64,000 nucleotides of DNA from Paraspadella gotoi (GCA_051294375.1 CM119270.1:1328484-1392483), one strand, 5' to 3'. Positions 24,425-38,003 are shown, counted from the first letter of the stretch. Numbers and translations: made by a program. Notes: a model not told the origin generated them from the letters alone.

Positions 24425-24940
24425 TTCGTCAAGAGGTCCATTAATCCATAGCCAGAGCTCGGCATGATAAGGCATGACTAAAACTCCATTAAGATGTCAA
24501 AGCCTCCTTCCTCTTTTTCCGTCGGCGGGTTTTTGGCCGGGTGGAGGGAGGAAGAGGAGGAGGAGGAGGAGGAAGAGGAGGAGGAGGAGGAAGATGACAC
24601 GGGAAGAGGAGATTATGTCAGGGATTATGACATTATGACAAAGTTGTCGTCGATAGCAAGAGATAAAATTATGTCATTATATACCACGATTGAAAATCAA
24701 TAGAAAAAAACTCTATTTCGATTATTCGTATGTAGATGTATGATTTTATGTATTGAAATAAAAAAAAAATTAGTATTCATATGTAAATTCTTTTCCACTT
24801 TTTAAAGTTGTTTATATTTAAACATCAAGTCCAATATAATAGATAAATTAGTAACGTTGTAATTTTCATAAAAATATGATAAAAAAATGTCACAAATGAC
24901 TAAGATCACGACACTGGTGATCACAACGGAGACGAAAACA

Positions 24941-24977
<37 letters not shown>

Positions 24978-25059
24978 CGCCGTCCACCGGCTGAACAATA
25001 ATGGCGTAAACTGTAAATTGGATGGCAAACAACAAACATTGGCGGCGGTCAAACCTGGA

Positions 25060-26106
25060 GAGAGAGATGAGGTGAGAGAGGGAGACGGAGAGAGGATAGA
25101 GAAGATGAGAGAGAGAGAGAGACAGATGAGAGAGAGAGAGACGACGAGAGAGAGATGACGAGGAGAGAAGGAGATACGAGAGATAGAGAGAGAAGAGAGA
25201 GAGCCAGAGACGTTAAGGGATAATGGAAAGTATACAGAAAATGCGTAGAAAACTTAATGGATTATTGGCAAGAAAAAGGCTGGAAAAGGGGAAAAAAATA
25301 GGAAACAAGAAAAAAAGTGAGAGAACAAAACAAAATAAAATATGATTTTAAGTTTAAGGATAAATCCACGATAAAATTAAATTAGAAATTTTAATAAAAT
25401 ACATATTTTTTTAAAAATTATCTTAGCTTATTTCAATTTAATGTCATTTATTGTTAATCTAAAGAAACCGAACTAACCGTCCGAATTTAATAATTAATTT
25501 CTTAAACAAACGAACAAGCCGTCAATAGCGGAAAAAAAAGTTAATATTTTACATTTGAACAAAGGGAGAGATATTAACAATTAACAATAACACCTAATAA
25601 TAGAACAAAAATATTAAAACAAATATATCAACTGCAATAAAAATATCGATTCTTCTCAAACGACCATCGCAACAATACAACACAACAACAACATCAACAA
25701 CACTAGCCAGCAGCAGCAGCAGCAGAACGAGGCGATTCTTTTCTCACTTTCATCCCTTTTTTTCTCTCAGTCCAAAAATGAAAAAGAAAAAGTTTTTGTG
25801 TTGTTGGATTTCTGGTCAAAAAACTTCGTAAATTTTAAGTTTATTTATTCTTTTCTTTCAAGTTATTTTCTTTTTTACGAATTTTTTTCTATTTTTTTAT
25901 TTTTCTTTTCTTTTCATTTTCTATTTTTTTTTTTCATTTTCTATTTTTCTTTCATTTTCTATTATTTCTATTTTTTCTTCTATTTTTTCTATTTGTTTTT
26001 CTTTTCTCTTCTTTCAGATTCACCGGATTTTTGTGTTTGTTTATCTCGAATCTTTTTTTGTTTGGAAACAAGGAATCTGGCGGGAAAAAAAATCGTTAAA
26101 CTGTTC

Positions 26107-26146
<40 letters not shown>

Positions 26147-28230
26147 GAGAGAAAGAGAGACGAGAGAGATGAGAGGAGAGAGAGAGAGAAGAGAGAGGAT
26201 TAAAAAATGGCGGAGTGTCAGAGTCTCAATTCTTTGTTTGTTCTCGAGGAGAAAGAAAAAAAGACGAAATCGATTTGTTCTTAGGGTCATTTGTTCTCGT
26301 TAAGAACAATCGCTTAAGAACAATATCTTTTCCATTTTTATCCCTTTCTATTTTATTTGTATTCCCTTTTTCTATTTTTTTCCCATTTTCCATTTTCTTC
26401 GGTCAATTATTCATTTTTTCTATCCAAAAATGGATAGATTCCTTCTTTTTTTGGAACTGTCTTTGAATATCTCACTTTAAATATCAGTGGAAAAATATTC
26501 AGAGGCTCTATTTCAGGGTTGCATAACATATCATTTTTTCTTTTTTTAAATTCAATGATTATTCATTTTCAGCGGCTTTCTAAATTTAACTCATCATGTT
26601 TTTTCTTTTTAAATATCATTGAATCTGTTCTTCTCATTATATGGCCGTTCTTGTCATGAAATCCGTTTTTTTTTTAAACTGATCCATCTTTCCTACTTAA
26701 TATCATTGAATTTTGCTCGGTTTCCTTTTAAATATCATCCTTTTTTAAATATCATCTTTACTTTTGTTAACAATATCATCAGTTTTTAAATATCAGTAAC
26801 GTCCTAAATCGGCTTTTCCTTTTAAATATCATTTTTCCAAATAACTATCATCGGTGTTTTACTCTTTACTATTCATCACTTTTTAAATTATCATCAACTC
26901 CTAAACTCGGTTTTCCTTTTAATATCATCTGGGTTTTTAAATATTCATTTCTCCAAATAACTATCATCCATGTTTTTTACTTTTAAAATATCAACATTTT
27001 TTAATATATCTCAAGTTAATAACATCGGTTTCCTTTTAAATATCATTTTTCCAAATAACTATCATCGCGTTTTTTACTTTTAACTATCATTCCTTTTTTA
27101 AATATCATCAACTCCTAAATCGGTTTCTTTTAAATATCATCTTTTTTAAATATCATTTTACTTTTTAAATATCATCATTTATATCAGTTAAACTCTAAAT
27201 CGGTTTCCTTTTTAAATATTCATTTTTCCAAATAACTCATCGGTTGGTTTTACTTTTAATCTCTCCTNNNNNNNNNNNNNNNNNNNNNNNNNGAGAGAGA
27301 GATAGAGAGAGAGAAAGAGAGAGAGAGAGAGACGTTAAGGGATAATGGAAAGGTATAGAGAAAATGCGAGAAAACTAATGGATTATTGGCAAAAAAAGGT
27401 GAAAAGGGGAAAAATAGGAAAACAAGAAAAAAAGTGAGAGACAAACAAAATAAAATATGATTTTAAGTTTAAGGATAAATCCACGAATAAAATTAAATAA
27501 AAATTTTAATAAAATACATATTTTTTAAAAATTATCTTTAGTTAATTTAATTTAGTTCATTTTATTTAATCTAAAGAACCGAAACTAACCGTCCGAATTT
27601 AATTAATTAATCTTAACAAACGAAACAAGTCGTCAATAGGGAAAAAAAAGTTAATATTACATTTGAAACAAAGGAGAAGATATAAACAATTAACAATAAC
27701 AACACTAATAATAGAACAAAAATATAAAAACAAATATATCAACTGCAATAAAAATATCGATTCTTCTCAACGTCCATCGCAATAAACAACAACAACAACA
27801 ACATCAACAACAGCAGCAGCAGCAGTAGCAGCAACGAGGCGATCCTTTTCTCACTTCCATCCTTTTTTTCTCTCAGTCAAAAATGAAAATGAAAAAGTTT
27901 TTGTGTTTGTGGATTTTCTGGTCAAAAACTTCGTAAATTTTAAGTTTATTTTATTCTTTTCTTTCAAGTTCAAGTTTTTCTTTTTACGAATTTTTTTCTA
28001 TTTTTCTATTTTTCTTTTTTTTTCTTTTTCATTTTCTATTTTTTATTTTTCATTTTCTATTATTTTCTTTTTCATTTTCTATTATTTTCTATTTTTTCTT
28101 CTATTTTTTCTATTTGTTTTTCTTTTCTCTTCTTTCAGATTCACCGGATTTTTGTGTTTGTTTATCTCGAATCTTTTTTTGTTTGGAAACAAGGAATCTG
28201 GCGGGAAAAAAAATCGTTAAACTGTTCAAC

Positions 28231-28269
<39 letters not shown>

Positions 28270-28520
28270 AGAGAGAGATAAAAAATGGCGGAGTGGTCAA
28301 GTCTCAATTCTTTGTTTGTTCTCGAGGAGAAAGAAAAAAAGAACGAAATCGATTTGTTCTTAGGTCATTTGTTCTCGTTAAGAACAATCGCTAAGAACAA
28401 TATCTTTTTCCATTTTTATCCCTTTTCTATTTTATTTGTATTCCCTTTTCCTATTTTTTTCCATTTTCCATTTTCTTCGGTCAATTATTCATTTTTTCTA
28501 TCCAAAAATGGATAGATTCC
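25060..28520 (+). repeat. Direct duplication flanking a 25-N gap (~25060-26450 and 27293-28520)
   Basis: Both contain gacgttaagggataatggaaag...cagattcaccggatttttgtgtttg...tccaaaaatggatagattcc, differing by scattered indels. Confidence 0.9.
26560..27260. repeat. AT-rich satellite built on TTTTAAATATCAT with higher-order blocks
   Basis: Many ttttaaatatcat units; tccaaataactatcatc and ctaaatcggttt each recur about four times. Confidence 0.85.
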
Positions 28521-28881
28521 TTTTTTTCCTTTTTACATTTTCTTTATTTCCTTTTTTCGTTTTTACTTATTCTCATTTCTTTCTATATCATTTATTTATT
28601 GTCATTCTTTCGATTTATTATTATCACTATATTTATTATTTATTATTCGTTATGATCTCATTTGTACGAGAATGACTTGAGCGAAAAAAAAAAAAAATGT
28701 TTTCATCGATAAGTTAAGATTAATAATATTAATCAAAATATTAATCAATTCTGATCACCAGCTTTCAGCTTTTAAAACCTCACCTCTTTCTCTGGTTCAA
28801 CCTCGACTCCCTAACTTACCCGACCGACATCAGAAAATCGCTTTTAACCACACCTTCTCACATCCCTCACCTTTCTTCACC

Positions 28882-29007
28882 CGATAGCGAGGCCCTGTGA
28901 TATTTTCCGTCATCCACCCTACTAAGCTCATATAGTGTAGTCGTTCTGGCTCGATAGCGAGGCCCTGTGATATTTTCCGTCATCCACCCTACTAAGCTCA
29001 TATAGTG
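28882..29007 (+). repeat. Perfect 56-bp direct repeat with a 14-bp spacer
   Basis: cgatagcgaggccctgtgatattttccgtcatccaccctactaagctcatatagtg at 28882-28937 and 28952-29007. Confidence 0.9.
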
Positions 29008-29826
29008 CCCCCCTACTCACCCCCAATCTCCGCCCCCCCCTAGGGGTTAAGTCGCGACCCACCACGCCTCAAATATTTGACCAAAAGTAGCCAAATCGAA
29101 ATCTGATCCTTTTGGCCGCCAATTCCACGTGGGGCCTCCTTTTTTTTTATTCGTGGCGTTGTTTGGCGATGGCGTAAAACTTGGCGGAGTGGGTTTGTTG
29201 GCGTGGTTGTTTGGAAAGGTGTTGGCGTAGTCGTTTGTTGTGACTTAATTGTCGTTAAATATTCGTCGTTGTCGTTGTTGTTGTTATTGTTTTTGAAGTG
29301 ATCGTCATCGTTGTCGTCTCAGCGGTCGTCGTCGTCGTCGGTCCGAAGAGGGTAAGAACTCAAGAAAGAAAGAGAGTAAAAGACGCAATAAAAAGGGTAA
29401 AAGAAAAAAATTACCGTGAAAGTTAGAGGATGAGAGAAGAGAGGAGAGAGAGAGACGAGAGGAGAGAGAAGAGAAGAAGAGAGAGGTCAACATCGAACCC
29501 TGCGTAGCCCTGCCTTTTGCGTCTACTTTGACTCGAGATGGCAGATATTATTTTTCGTACTCTAACATAAACCATATTTACATATTTACAAGGACACGCG
29601 AAACCATTAAACGAAGATACAAGCTCAGAGAGAGAGAGAGAGAGACCCGCACGAGAGGAGAGAGAGAGAGAGACAATCCAAACAAGGCCGAGGAAAGGAG
29701 TTGATCCGGAAACCGTTAAATCATCATTTTTAATAAACTTTTTCTGTTTTGTTTACATTTTTTTTTCGGGATTCTGTTGTTGACACTGGGCGGCGCTGGA
29801 CAGTGTTGACGCTCGTCGTCCGTCGT

Positions 29827-29865
<39 letters not shown>

Positions 29866-29896
29866 TCGATCTTTTTAAAAAATGAAAAAAGATAAT

Positions 29897-29935
29897 CTTA
29901 AAATCTTAAAATCTTAAAATCTTAAAATCTTAAAA
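29897..29935. repeat. (AAAATCTT)n octamer tandem repeat
   Basis: About 5 copies, read directly. Confidence 0.9.
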
Positions 29936-32334
29936 TGTTCTTAGATTTTGAGTTGTTCGTTTCATTTGAAATAAAATCGTTGTCCAATTAAACTTCAAAC
30001 TCTCTCTATTAATCACTACGCAACGAAAGAAAGGAAATAACACAATGAGTTGGTACAACTTTTAAAACAAACGTTTCGGGCGATGAAACAAACTATAAAA
30101 CATATAGATTTATACAAAAAAAAATCATTCAATATTAATAATAGTAATAATGCCAATAGCTTTTTATAATCTTCGTTGTCGTTATATAGAAGCGGTCCCC
30201 GTCGTCGTCGTCGTCGTCGTTGTTGTCGTCGTCGTCGTTATCGTCGTCGTCTTCACTTCCGTTCCGCGTTCGTTGCGCCCGGGAAAAGACCGCGATTTGC
30301 AAAAATCGCAAGACGACGACGACGAGGGACGACGACGACGACGACGACGACGACTAAGACGACGACGACAACGACGACGACAATATTTTTCTATCGCACG
30401 TCCATAAAAAAAAATCAAAAACTCTTGTAAACTCAACCGATTTTTTTTGTCCACTTTTTTTTTTCAAAAACGATTTTTAAACCTTTTTTCTTCCTTTTTT
30501 TCTTTCTTTTTTTCTTTCTTTTTTTCTTTCTTTTTCTCTCTTTGTATGTCTTCTCCTCTTTCCTTCTCTCACTTCTCCTTTTACTTCTCTCCTCTCTCCC
30601 TCTCTTTTCCTCTCTTCCTCCTTCTTGCTCCCTTTTCTTTCTCTTCTTGTTTTCTCCTTTCCTCTTCCTCCTCCTCCTCCTCTTCCTTTCCTCTCTTCGA
30701 CATTCGCCGCCACGAAGTCACACAAAGAGAGAAAGTGAGAGAGAGAGAGAGGGAGAGAGAGATAAAGATTTAAAAAGTGACGGAGCGTTCTTGTGCGCGC
30801 GCAACGACGGGGACAGAGTCAACGCCTCTGCGCGCACGAGGCCTTGCGTGCGTTTGAATGAATCGCGTCCATTTTTTATACTTAAAGTTAACAAAGTTCA
30901 TCGCGTAAAATGGGCGCGAAGCGCCCGGGTGCTTTCCCTTACCTTCGGCAAAAAGCTGCATAGAGTGGATCACCGGGTTCCGGCAAGTCGCCAAGAGAAC
31001 GATGGAAAGAGGCCCAGGTGGTTCCGAAGGGGTACATCGCCCGCCGTCCGCGAGGGCGGTAAACTAACCGCCGTACACCGGTCCGATGGCTCGCACCTAC
31101 CCTCACGTATGAAGACCTCAACAGGACAATCCCGCTGGGTAGTGCCAGACCCGTCACGCGTGGAAACACAGCTCGCTCCAACCACGGTAGCTGTCGCGGG
31201 CTCGAAAGTACTCGTGACACTTGCTACGGCATATCAGCACCTTTATCAGGCTGACTCCTCACTTGCACATCTGTGAATGAGACGTAAGAGCGCTGCCTTT
31301 AGATCGTCCCCATATGACCGTGCCAGAGGTCATTCCTGGCATCGCGAATGTCCGATAATCACCAAACGAAAACGGAGATCATAAAAATAGCACAAAACAC
31401 GACAACCACCACGCAAAACAAAAATAAAATGAAACACACCAAGATAGTAGAAAGAGTGAAACAGAAAATCAGGCGAAAAACGAGAGAAGACGAGTTAAGC
31501 AAACAGAAGGAAAAATCAATGAGAACGACATTGACGCCGCCTCAGCCGCTGCAGCAGTAGCAGCAGGGGAAGCCGCGGCGGGACTGATGGCTTGCCGACG
31601 GCTCAGAGAGCTGTTGCCGGCAGTTCGGCGGCTCTTCCGGCGCTACAAGACAATGCGGTGGACGACGCCCTAATCTCAGACCTCTACGCCGATCGAATTC
31701 GACAATTACAAAAAAATAAACCGATCGACGACGGTTAAAGCAAAAAGTCTCTAACGTGAAATTCGTCTAATTTTTTACTATATGAGATGCGAGAAGAGAA
31801 GGACCTGGAGATGGATGAGACGACAGATGACTCGGCGGCCAGCGGCTGCCACTGCAGAATCGATAGTGTGGTGAATCGACGACGCAGCTTCGGAGAGGAG
31901 CATTCGTGGAAGACCTGTCGGACGCAGATCGACTAGAGACGGGATGGTGACGAGGACGAGATGAGAGAGACGAGAAAGAAAGAGATGAGAAACGAGAGAA
32001 AACGAGAAAATGTCGCCTTTCGAGTTCTCAATGCATTTTCTAGACGAACGCAACGACTAATCAAATAAACATACGAAAAAATAAATATAGTAACACTTAA
32101 CTTTATATAATTTAGATTTTAGATATAATTTACACATAAAATTACCAACTCTCGTTCATTTCTACTTTGATGAACTTAAGCTACAATTTTCCCCTAAAAG
32201 GTCAGATCATTTTTTTTTCTTTTTCGAAATTTAAATTCGTTTTTAAACTTCAAAGGCCAAATATTTTTTTTTGCCGCCAAATTAAGATTCGACGGTCAAA
32301 ATGAAAAGACCGACATGAGAGTAAAGAGACCGAC

Positions 32335-32390
32335 ATAATCATCATCATCTTCATCATCATCTTCATCATCATAATCATAATCATCATCAT

Positions 32391-32471
<81 letters not shown>
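32335..32471. repeat. (CAT)n microsatellite
   Basis: Direct reading; it is the source of the poly-M ORF. Confidence 0.95.
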
Positions 32472-32630
32472 TACTCTCTTAAGTAGCTGGTCTTATGATG
32501 TATTAAAAAGTCTAATAAAGACCAATATAGTCCCGCTGTCCGTATTTTTTAGAATGACCTTCACAAATTTTACAATATACTTTTAAAGTAATTTTAAATA
32601 GAGATATCCAAAATCAATATCACTCCTTCC

Positions 32631-32748
32631 AGTAGTATAAAGTGGGATTTTAATACAATATAGTTTATATAGGAGATTTTTGACCATTAAGAAAGTATTA
32701 GTGTCCGGAGAGTATTAAAATTGTATTAAAATCCCACTTTATACTACT
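32631..32748. mobile_element. 118-bp MITE-like element with perfect 29-bp terminal inverted repeats
   Basis: agtagtataaagtgggattttaatacaat (32631-32659) and attgtattaaaatcccactttatactact (32720-32748). The TSD is ambiguous; TA is possible if the true ends lie 4 bp further in. Confidence 0.7.
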
Positions 32749-32964
32749 ACTCTTCCCCTCATTTTACACTTTTTCCTGATTCGCAGTTCGCCTCCCCTTA
32801 AATCTCTTTTCCTTTTTTTTTCTCTTTCCTTTTTCCTTCCCTTTTTTTTTCCTTTCTCATTTTTTTTCGTCCTTCGGAATGAATGTCAACCAGGATTTGG
32901 AAATTCCCTCACAACGAAATGTCGAGTTGATTTCCCAAGATACGAAAACGAAATGTCAACAGTC

Positions 32965-33125
32965 AGTGTGATACAATGTGGTATGATGTTATGTGAAATG
33001 GTATGATGTGATGTGATATGTGATGTGATATGTGATATGAAACTGTCCGATGCGAAGTGACACGTGATGTATGTAATGCATATGATTTAATATTATGCGA
33101 TATGAAGCGTTGTGATATGAAATAA
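32965..33125. repeat. Degenerate pentamer repeat (TGTGA/TGATA)
   Basis: gtatgatgtgatgtgatatgtgatgtgatatgtgatatg and similar runs. Confidence 0.75.
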
Positions 33126-33532
33126 TACGATTAAATTTGTTGTAATGTGAAAAAAAACTCATACAAAGGTCTCTCTCTCTTCTTCTTCTCCGCTTCTCCT
33201 TCTCTCTCTTCTCTCTTCTCTCTCGTTCTCGTCTCTGCTCTCTCTCTCATTTCTGTCTCAAGGCCAATCAGATAAAATGTCAATGTTCAAGTAATGTTCA
33301 CTGTCTCTTTTCACTCTCTTGCTCCGAATGCTTATCATATAGGGTGTCATGATTGGTTGAAATTAATTTGTCATTGAACGATAGAATGATTGATTGATTG
33401 ATTGATGTGATTGATTGAATTGGATTGTGCGCCAATAAATTTAATTCGATTTCGAATCTCGCGGATTCAATATTTCTCTCCGTTGAGTANNNNNNNNNNN
33501 NNNNNNNNNNNNNNNNNNNNNNNNNNNNNNNN

Positions 33533-33568
<36 letters not shown>

Positions 33569-36095
33569 AGATAATGTCAATGACTACGATAAAAAGGCAG
33601 AACATGTGAAGGACCCAAATGATAAATAAGTTTTATTTAAAATTAAAAATGAATGTTTCAAAAACTGACGATTCATATTTACTCTGAAGCATCAAAGAAA
33701 GTAATTTTTGTTGTATGAAAAATTTTGTAATTAATAGGCTATTTAATTTAAATTTTTTTTCAAATTTCCTTTATACTGTATCGATTGCTCGCAAATCACC
33801 GACGCAACAAAACCAAGAGCAGCAAGAGCCTTACCCAGCCTCACCCAGCCTTACCCTAACNNNNNNNNNNNNNNNNNNNNNNNNNNNNNNNNNNNNNNNN
33901 NNNNNNNNNNNNNNNNNNNNNNNNNNNNNNNNNNNNNNNNNNNNNNNNNNNNNNNNNNNNNNNNNNNNNNNNNNNNNNNNNNNNNNNNNNNNNNNNNNNN
34001 NNNNNNNNNNNNNNNNNNNNNNNNNNNNNNNNNNNNNNNNNNNNNNNNNNNNNNNNNNNNNNNNNNNNNNNNNNNNNNNNNNNNNNNNNNNNNNNNNNNN
34101 NNNNNNNNNNNNNNNNNNNNNNNNNNNNNNNNNNNNNNNNNNNNNNNNNNNNNNNNNNNNNNNNNNNNNNNNNNNNNNNNNNNNNNNNNNNNNNNNNNNN
34201 NNNNNNNNNNNNNNNNNNNNNNNNNNNNNNNNNNNNNNNNNNNNNNNNNNNNNNNNNNNNNNNNNNNNNNNNNGCGGCGGTGGCGGCGTACCGCTGGCGG
34301 TCTTGGCGATCCCGATGACGGCCGACAACATTTCGTCCTCGATTATTCGCTTTGATGAGTCCAGGTTTTTGTTCCGCGCGTTTGAGAAAAGATTTTAAAA
34401 AAATTTTAAAGTATTTTATGATGAGTTTGTATCGTTTAATAGCGATTTGTAATATAAAAGATAAAGATTATTATGCTATTTATTCTAAAGTGAGGCCGAA
34501 ATTAACTAGAAAGTCTTAGAAAAACTGAGTTTCTTAAAAAAAATTCAAATGCTTGCATAATTGTTCGTTTGAAACATCGAATTTTCTTGGAATTTTGATG
34601 AGTTAATCACTTTACAATCTACATTGTACAATAAAATATACGCTTNNNNNNNNNNNNNNNNNNNNNNNNNTTGAACGACATAAAGAGGCGTTCAATATAA
34701 GCACTTCCCATGAGCTACGGATCAGCTGTAACACCATGTTACAGGCGGGTTTAATAGCGCCCCGTCCCTCTTAACTTGCCAGACGAATCAACCGGCTAAG
34801 AACCCCAGACCTTTGGGTGGTGAGGCGAATGACTTTGCCACCGGCCACCACAATTGGCCCACGTGATTAACCGGTATGGTGGAATTTTAGTCCTACCATA
34901 AAGCGTATATTTTTATTGTAGCAATGATAGAATTGTAAAGTGATTAACTCATCAAAATTTCAAAAAATTCGAAACTGTTTCCCAAACGAGACAATTATGC
35001 AAGCATTTGAATTTTTTTTTAAAAGGAAAACTCAGTTTTCTAAGACTTTCTAGTTTAATTTCGGCCATCACTTTAGAATAAATAGCCATAGATAATCTTT
35101 ATCTTTATATTAAAAATCGCTTAATTAAACGATACCAAAACTCTATCATAAATAGCTTTAAAAAATCTTTTTAAAATCTTTTCTCAATAAGCGCGGAAAC
35201 AAAAACCTGGACCTCATTCAAAGGCGAATAATTCGAGGACGGAAATGTTGTCGGCCGTCATCGGGGATCCGGCAGACCGCGCAGCGTACGCCGTCCACCG
35301 GCCGCCACGTCCAGCCGCCGCCGACGCCTACCGAGCCGCCAAGACCGCCACCGGCACGCCGCCCCCCGGCCCCTCCGCCCCCCCGGCCCCTCCTCGCCCC
35401 CCCCCCCGGCCCCTTCCCCAAACCCTTTTTACCCATTTTGTAATTCAATTTTAGCGATGCATATAAATACGTGTTTGTTTTTCCCACAACGAGGGGATAG
35501 AGGAAGAGAGGAGGAGAACGAAGGGAGGGGGAGAAGGAGGGGGGATGGAATTTTAAAAATGAGATCGGAAAACAGAGGGAGGGGTTGGTGAGAATAAGGG
35601 GGTCGGGAAATATGGGGAGTGGAAGGAGGAGGGGAAAGGTAGAGGGAGATAGCGAAGTTGGTGGGTCGACTGCTACGAGGTCCTTTTTTTGGCGGGAGGG
35701 AGTGGGTAAGAAATGATAAGCGACAACTTGGATGGAAGGACCTGGAAAGGTAAGGAAAAATTAGGTTAGGGTTAAAGGCTGGGTGAGGCTGGTAAGAGGC
35801 TCTTTGCTGGCTCTTCGGTTTTCTGTTGCGTGCGGTGATTTGCGAGCATCGATACCAATATAAAGGATAATTTTGAAAAGAAAATTTAAATTAAATTAGC
35901 CTATTAATTTACAAATTTTTCATGACAACAAAAATTACTTTCTTTGATGACTTCAGAGTAAACTATGAATCGTCAGTTTTTGAAAAACATTCATTTTAAT
36001 TTTAAATAAAACTTATTTATCATTTGGGTTCCTTCACATGTTCTGCCTTTTTATCGTAGTCATTGACATTATCTTTCTCGCGTCGTCGTCGTCGT
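33533..36095. repeat. ~2.5 kb fold-back palindrome turning at ~34683
   Basis: 33533-33860 is inverted at ~35760-36095 and 34274-34645 is inverted at ~34900-35340. The turn reads ttgaacg-acataaagagg-cgttcaa. Confidence 0.9.
34689..34903 (-). mobile_element. Repeat family A copy (reverse complement of 3141-3347, error-rich)
   Basis: cgttcaatataagc...gtaacaccatgttacaggcggg...cgtccctcttaact...gaaccccagacc...caattggcc...ggtggaattttagtcc. Confidence 0.85.
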
Positions 36096-37079
36096 AACGA
36101 TCCGTCGTCGTCGTTCTCCGTCATGAAACAGAATAAATCGTCCCCATGAAAGCCCAAACGATACACTCTCATTGAACATCGCGTCATATTTCTGCTCTCG
36201 TCTTGCTCTCTCTCTCGCGTTCTCTAATCTCTCTCCATCTCTCTCTCGTTCTCTCTCTCTCTACACATCTCTCGTCTCTTCCGAGATCCTTCTCTCTCTC
36301 TCTCTCTCGCTCTCTCTCTTCAACTGCTCTCTGCCTCGCTCCGCCTTTCCAATAACTCATTTACATATTTGTACTCTTAAAGGCGGAAATCCTGCCTCAT
36401 CGTCGTCCCTCATCAGTCGTCGTTACGTCGTCATCGCACTTATCAATAATTACTGTCTCTTCACGCTTAAAATGTGAAAAAAAAATTTTGAGCAAACAAT
36501 GTCGGATCTGCCTACAAAAATATACCTGTAATCAGCTAAGCTCGAGTTCAGTTCGACTTCCATGAAGTCAGCTTGAGTTCAGTTCGATTCACAGAGAAAA
36601 AATTATAAAAATTTCATCGAAAATTGTTTTTTGTTTTCAATATATTATTGTGGCCATCAACTTCTTAACATATCAAAACCTGACATCGAATTCATATCAT
36701 TCCTTCGCTTTGCATCGATCAGTGAGCAGTGAGCAGTGACCGGTGACCACTGCCCAGTTTTATCCCACAATCATTATTACTCTCTTTAAAATTCTTAAAA
36801 TTATGCAACGGAAAGTAGAGAAGGTGGCCAGTGGCCACGCCACCCGCGTGTTCCACGATTCGATCACAATTTAAACCTCTTCACGCGATCTACGCCAACG
36901 GAAAACCATTTTTTTCGATCCTGTCTCTCTCTCTCTCAAAAAAACAAACAAAACAAAACAAAACAGAAAAACAAAACCCAAGATATAAAAAAAAACCAAG
37001 ACCCGTTTTAAGATAATTTTTTTCTTTCAAATTTTAATCGGTTGAATCATCTCATCGTTTTGTCAGCGAGCAACGCCCT

Positions 37080-37409
37080 TCATTTCTCTCGGTAAATCGC
37101 CATGGCAACTTCCGAAGGCGTGTACCAAGCTCCCCCGGATTCACAGAAATAGTCTTCTTTGCCGCCTTCCAAGATTCCTTTCCGACGATTAAATTCCGTG
37201 GGTCCGCAATCGTTGTACCGCCATCCACCTTGATGAGTCTCCGCGCAATTTTCATCGGCGTTCATGACGTTGTCGCGATCCGCCGTCGAAAACATCATCT
37301 TCCAATGGAGACCCTTGACGCCGCAATTGGGCGACAATTGGAGATTTCCTCGAATGCCCATTCGTCTGAGATTCCAAATCACTTCATAGTTGCTGTCTTC
37401 GTCGTCCAT
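37080..37409 (-). CDS. Fibrinogen-related domain (FReD) protein, terminal exon (probably contains sequencing errors)
   Basis: Acceptor tctctttccAG, then MDDEDSNYEV...MMFSTADRDN...NCAETHQGGWRYNDC...WY..SEVAMAIYREK*. This matches the FST-DRDN, NCA, GGWWY--C and terminal V-M-I motifs of fibrinogen C-terminal domains. Confidence 0.85.
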   Translation of the reverse strand: MDDEDSNYEVIWNLRRMGIRGNLQLSPNCGVKGLHWKMMFSTADRDNVMNADENCAETHQGGWRYNDCGPTEFNRRKGILEGGKEDYFCESGGAWYTPSEVAMAIYREK

Positions 37410-37671
37410 CTGGAAAGAGAGAGAAAAGAAACGGAAGTGAATTTGTGATGTTTGACTTCGNNNNNNNNNNNNNNNNNNNNNNNNNTGATGGTTCGATGAT
37501 GATGGATGATGATGATGGAATGATAGATGATGAATGATGATGAATGATGATGATGATGCCAAATTGGATAGATTGTGGCGACCGAAACCACACACGATTC
37601 ACTTTTCTCTCTCAGTGAAGATCGAAGTCAAACATACAAAATTCACTTCGTTTCTTTTCTCTCATCGTTTC

Positions 37672-38003
37672 AGTATGACGACGAAACAGCAACAATGAAG
37701 TGATTATGGAATCTCAGACGAATGAGACATTCGAGAAATTCTCCAATTGTCGCCAATGCGGCCGGTCAAGTCTCCATGCGAAGATGATGTTTTCGACGCG
37801 GATCGCGATCAAACGTCATGACCCGAGGAAATTGCGCGGAGACTCATCAAAGGGCAATGGCGGTCAACGATTGCGGACACCACGGGAATTTAAATCGTCG
37901 GAAAGGAATCTTGGAAGGCGCAAAAGAGACTAATTTCTGGAATCCCGGGGAGCTTGGTATACCCTTCGAGAGTGTCCGATGGCGATTTACGAGAGAAAAT
38001 GAA
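37672..38003 (+). pseudogene. Frameshifted inverted copy of the FReD terminal exon (probably an assembly artefact)
   Basis: Fragments KMMFST, NCAETHQ and NDCGHHGNLNRRKGILEG are spread over different frames. Confidence 0.6.

Noticed and set aside
28882-29007. Repeat-spacer-repeat as a mini-CRISPR
   Set aside because: There are only two units, and the 56-bp repeat and 14-bp spacer are outside CRISPR dimensions.
30542-31276. 244-aa ORF as a gene
   Set aside because: The first third is CT/AG microsatellite and the remainder has no recognisable motif.
35755-35780. Telomeric repeat (ttaggttagggtt), also ~40725
   Set aside because: There are only 2-3 imperfect units, located internally.
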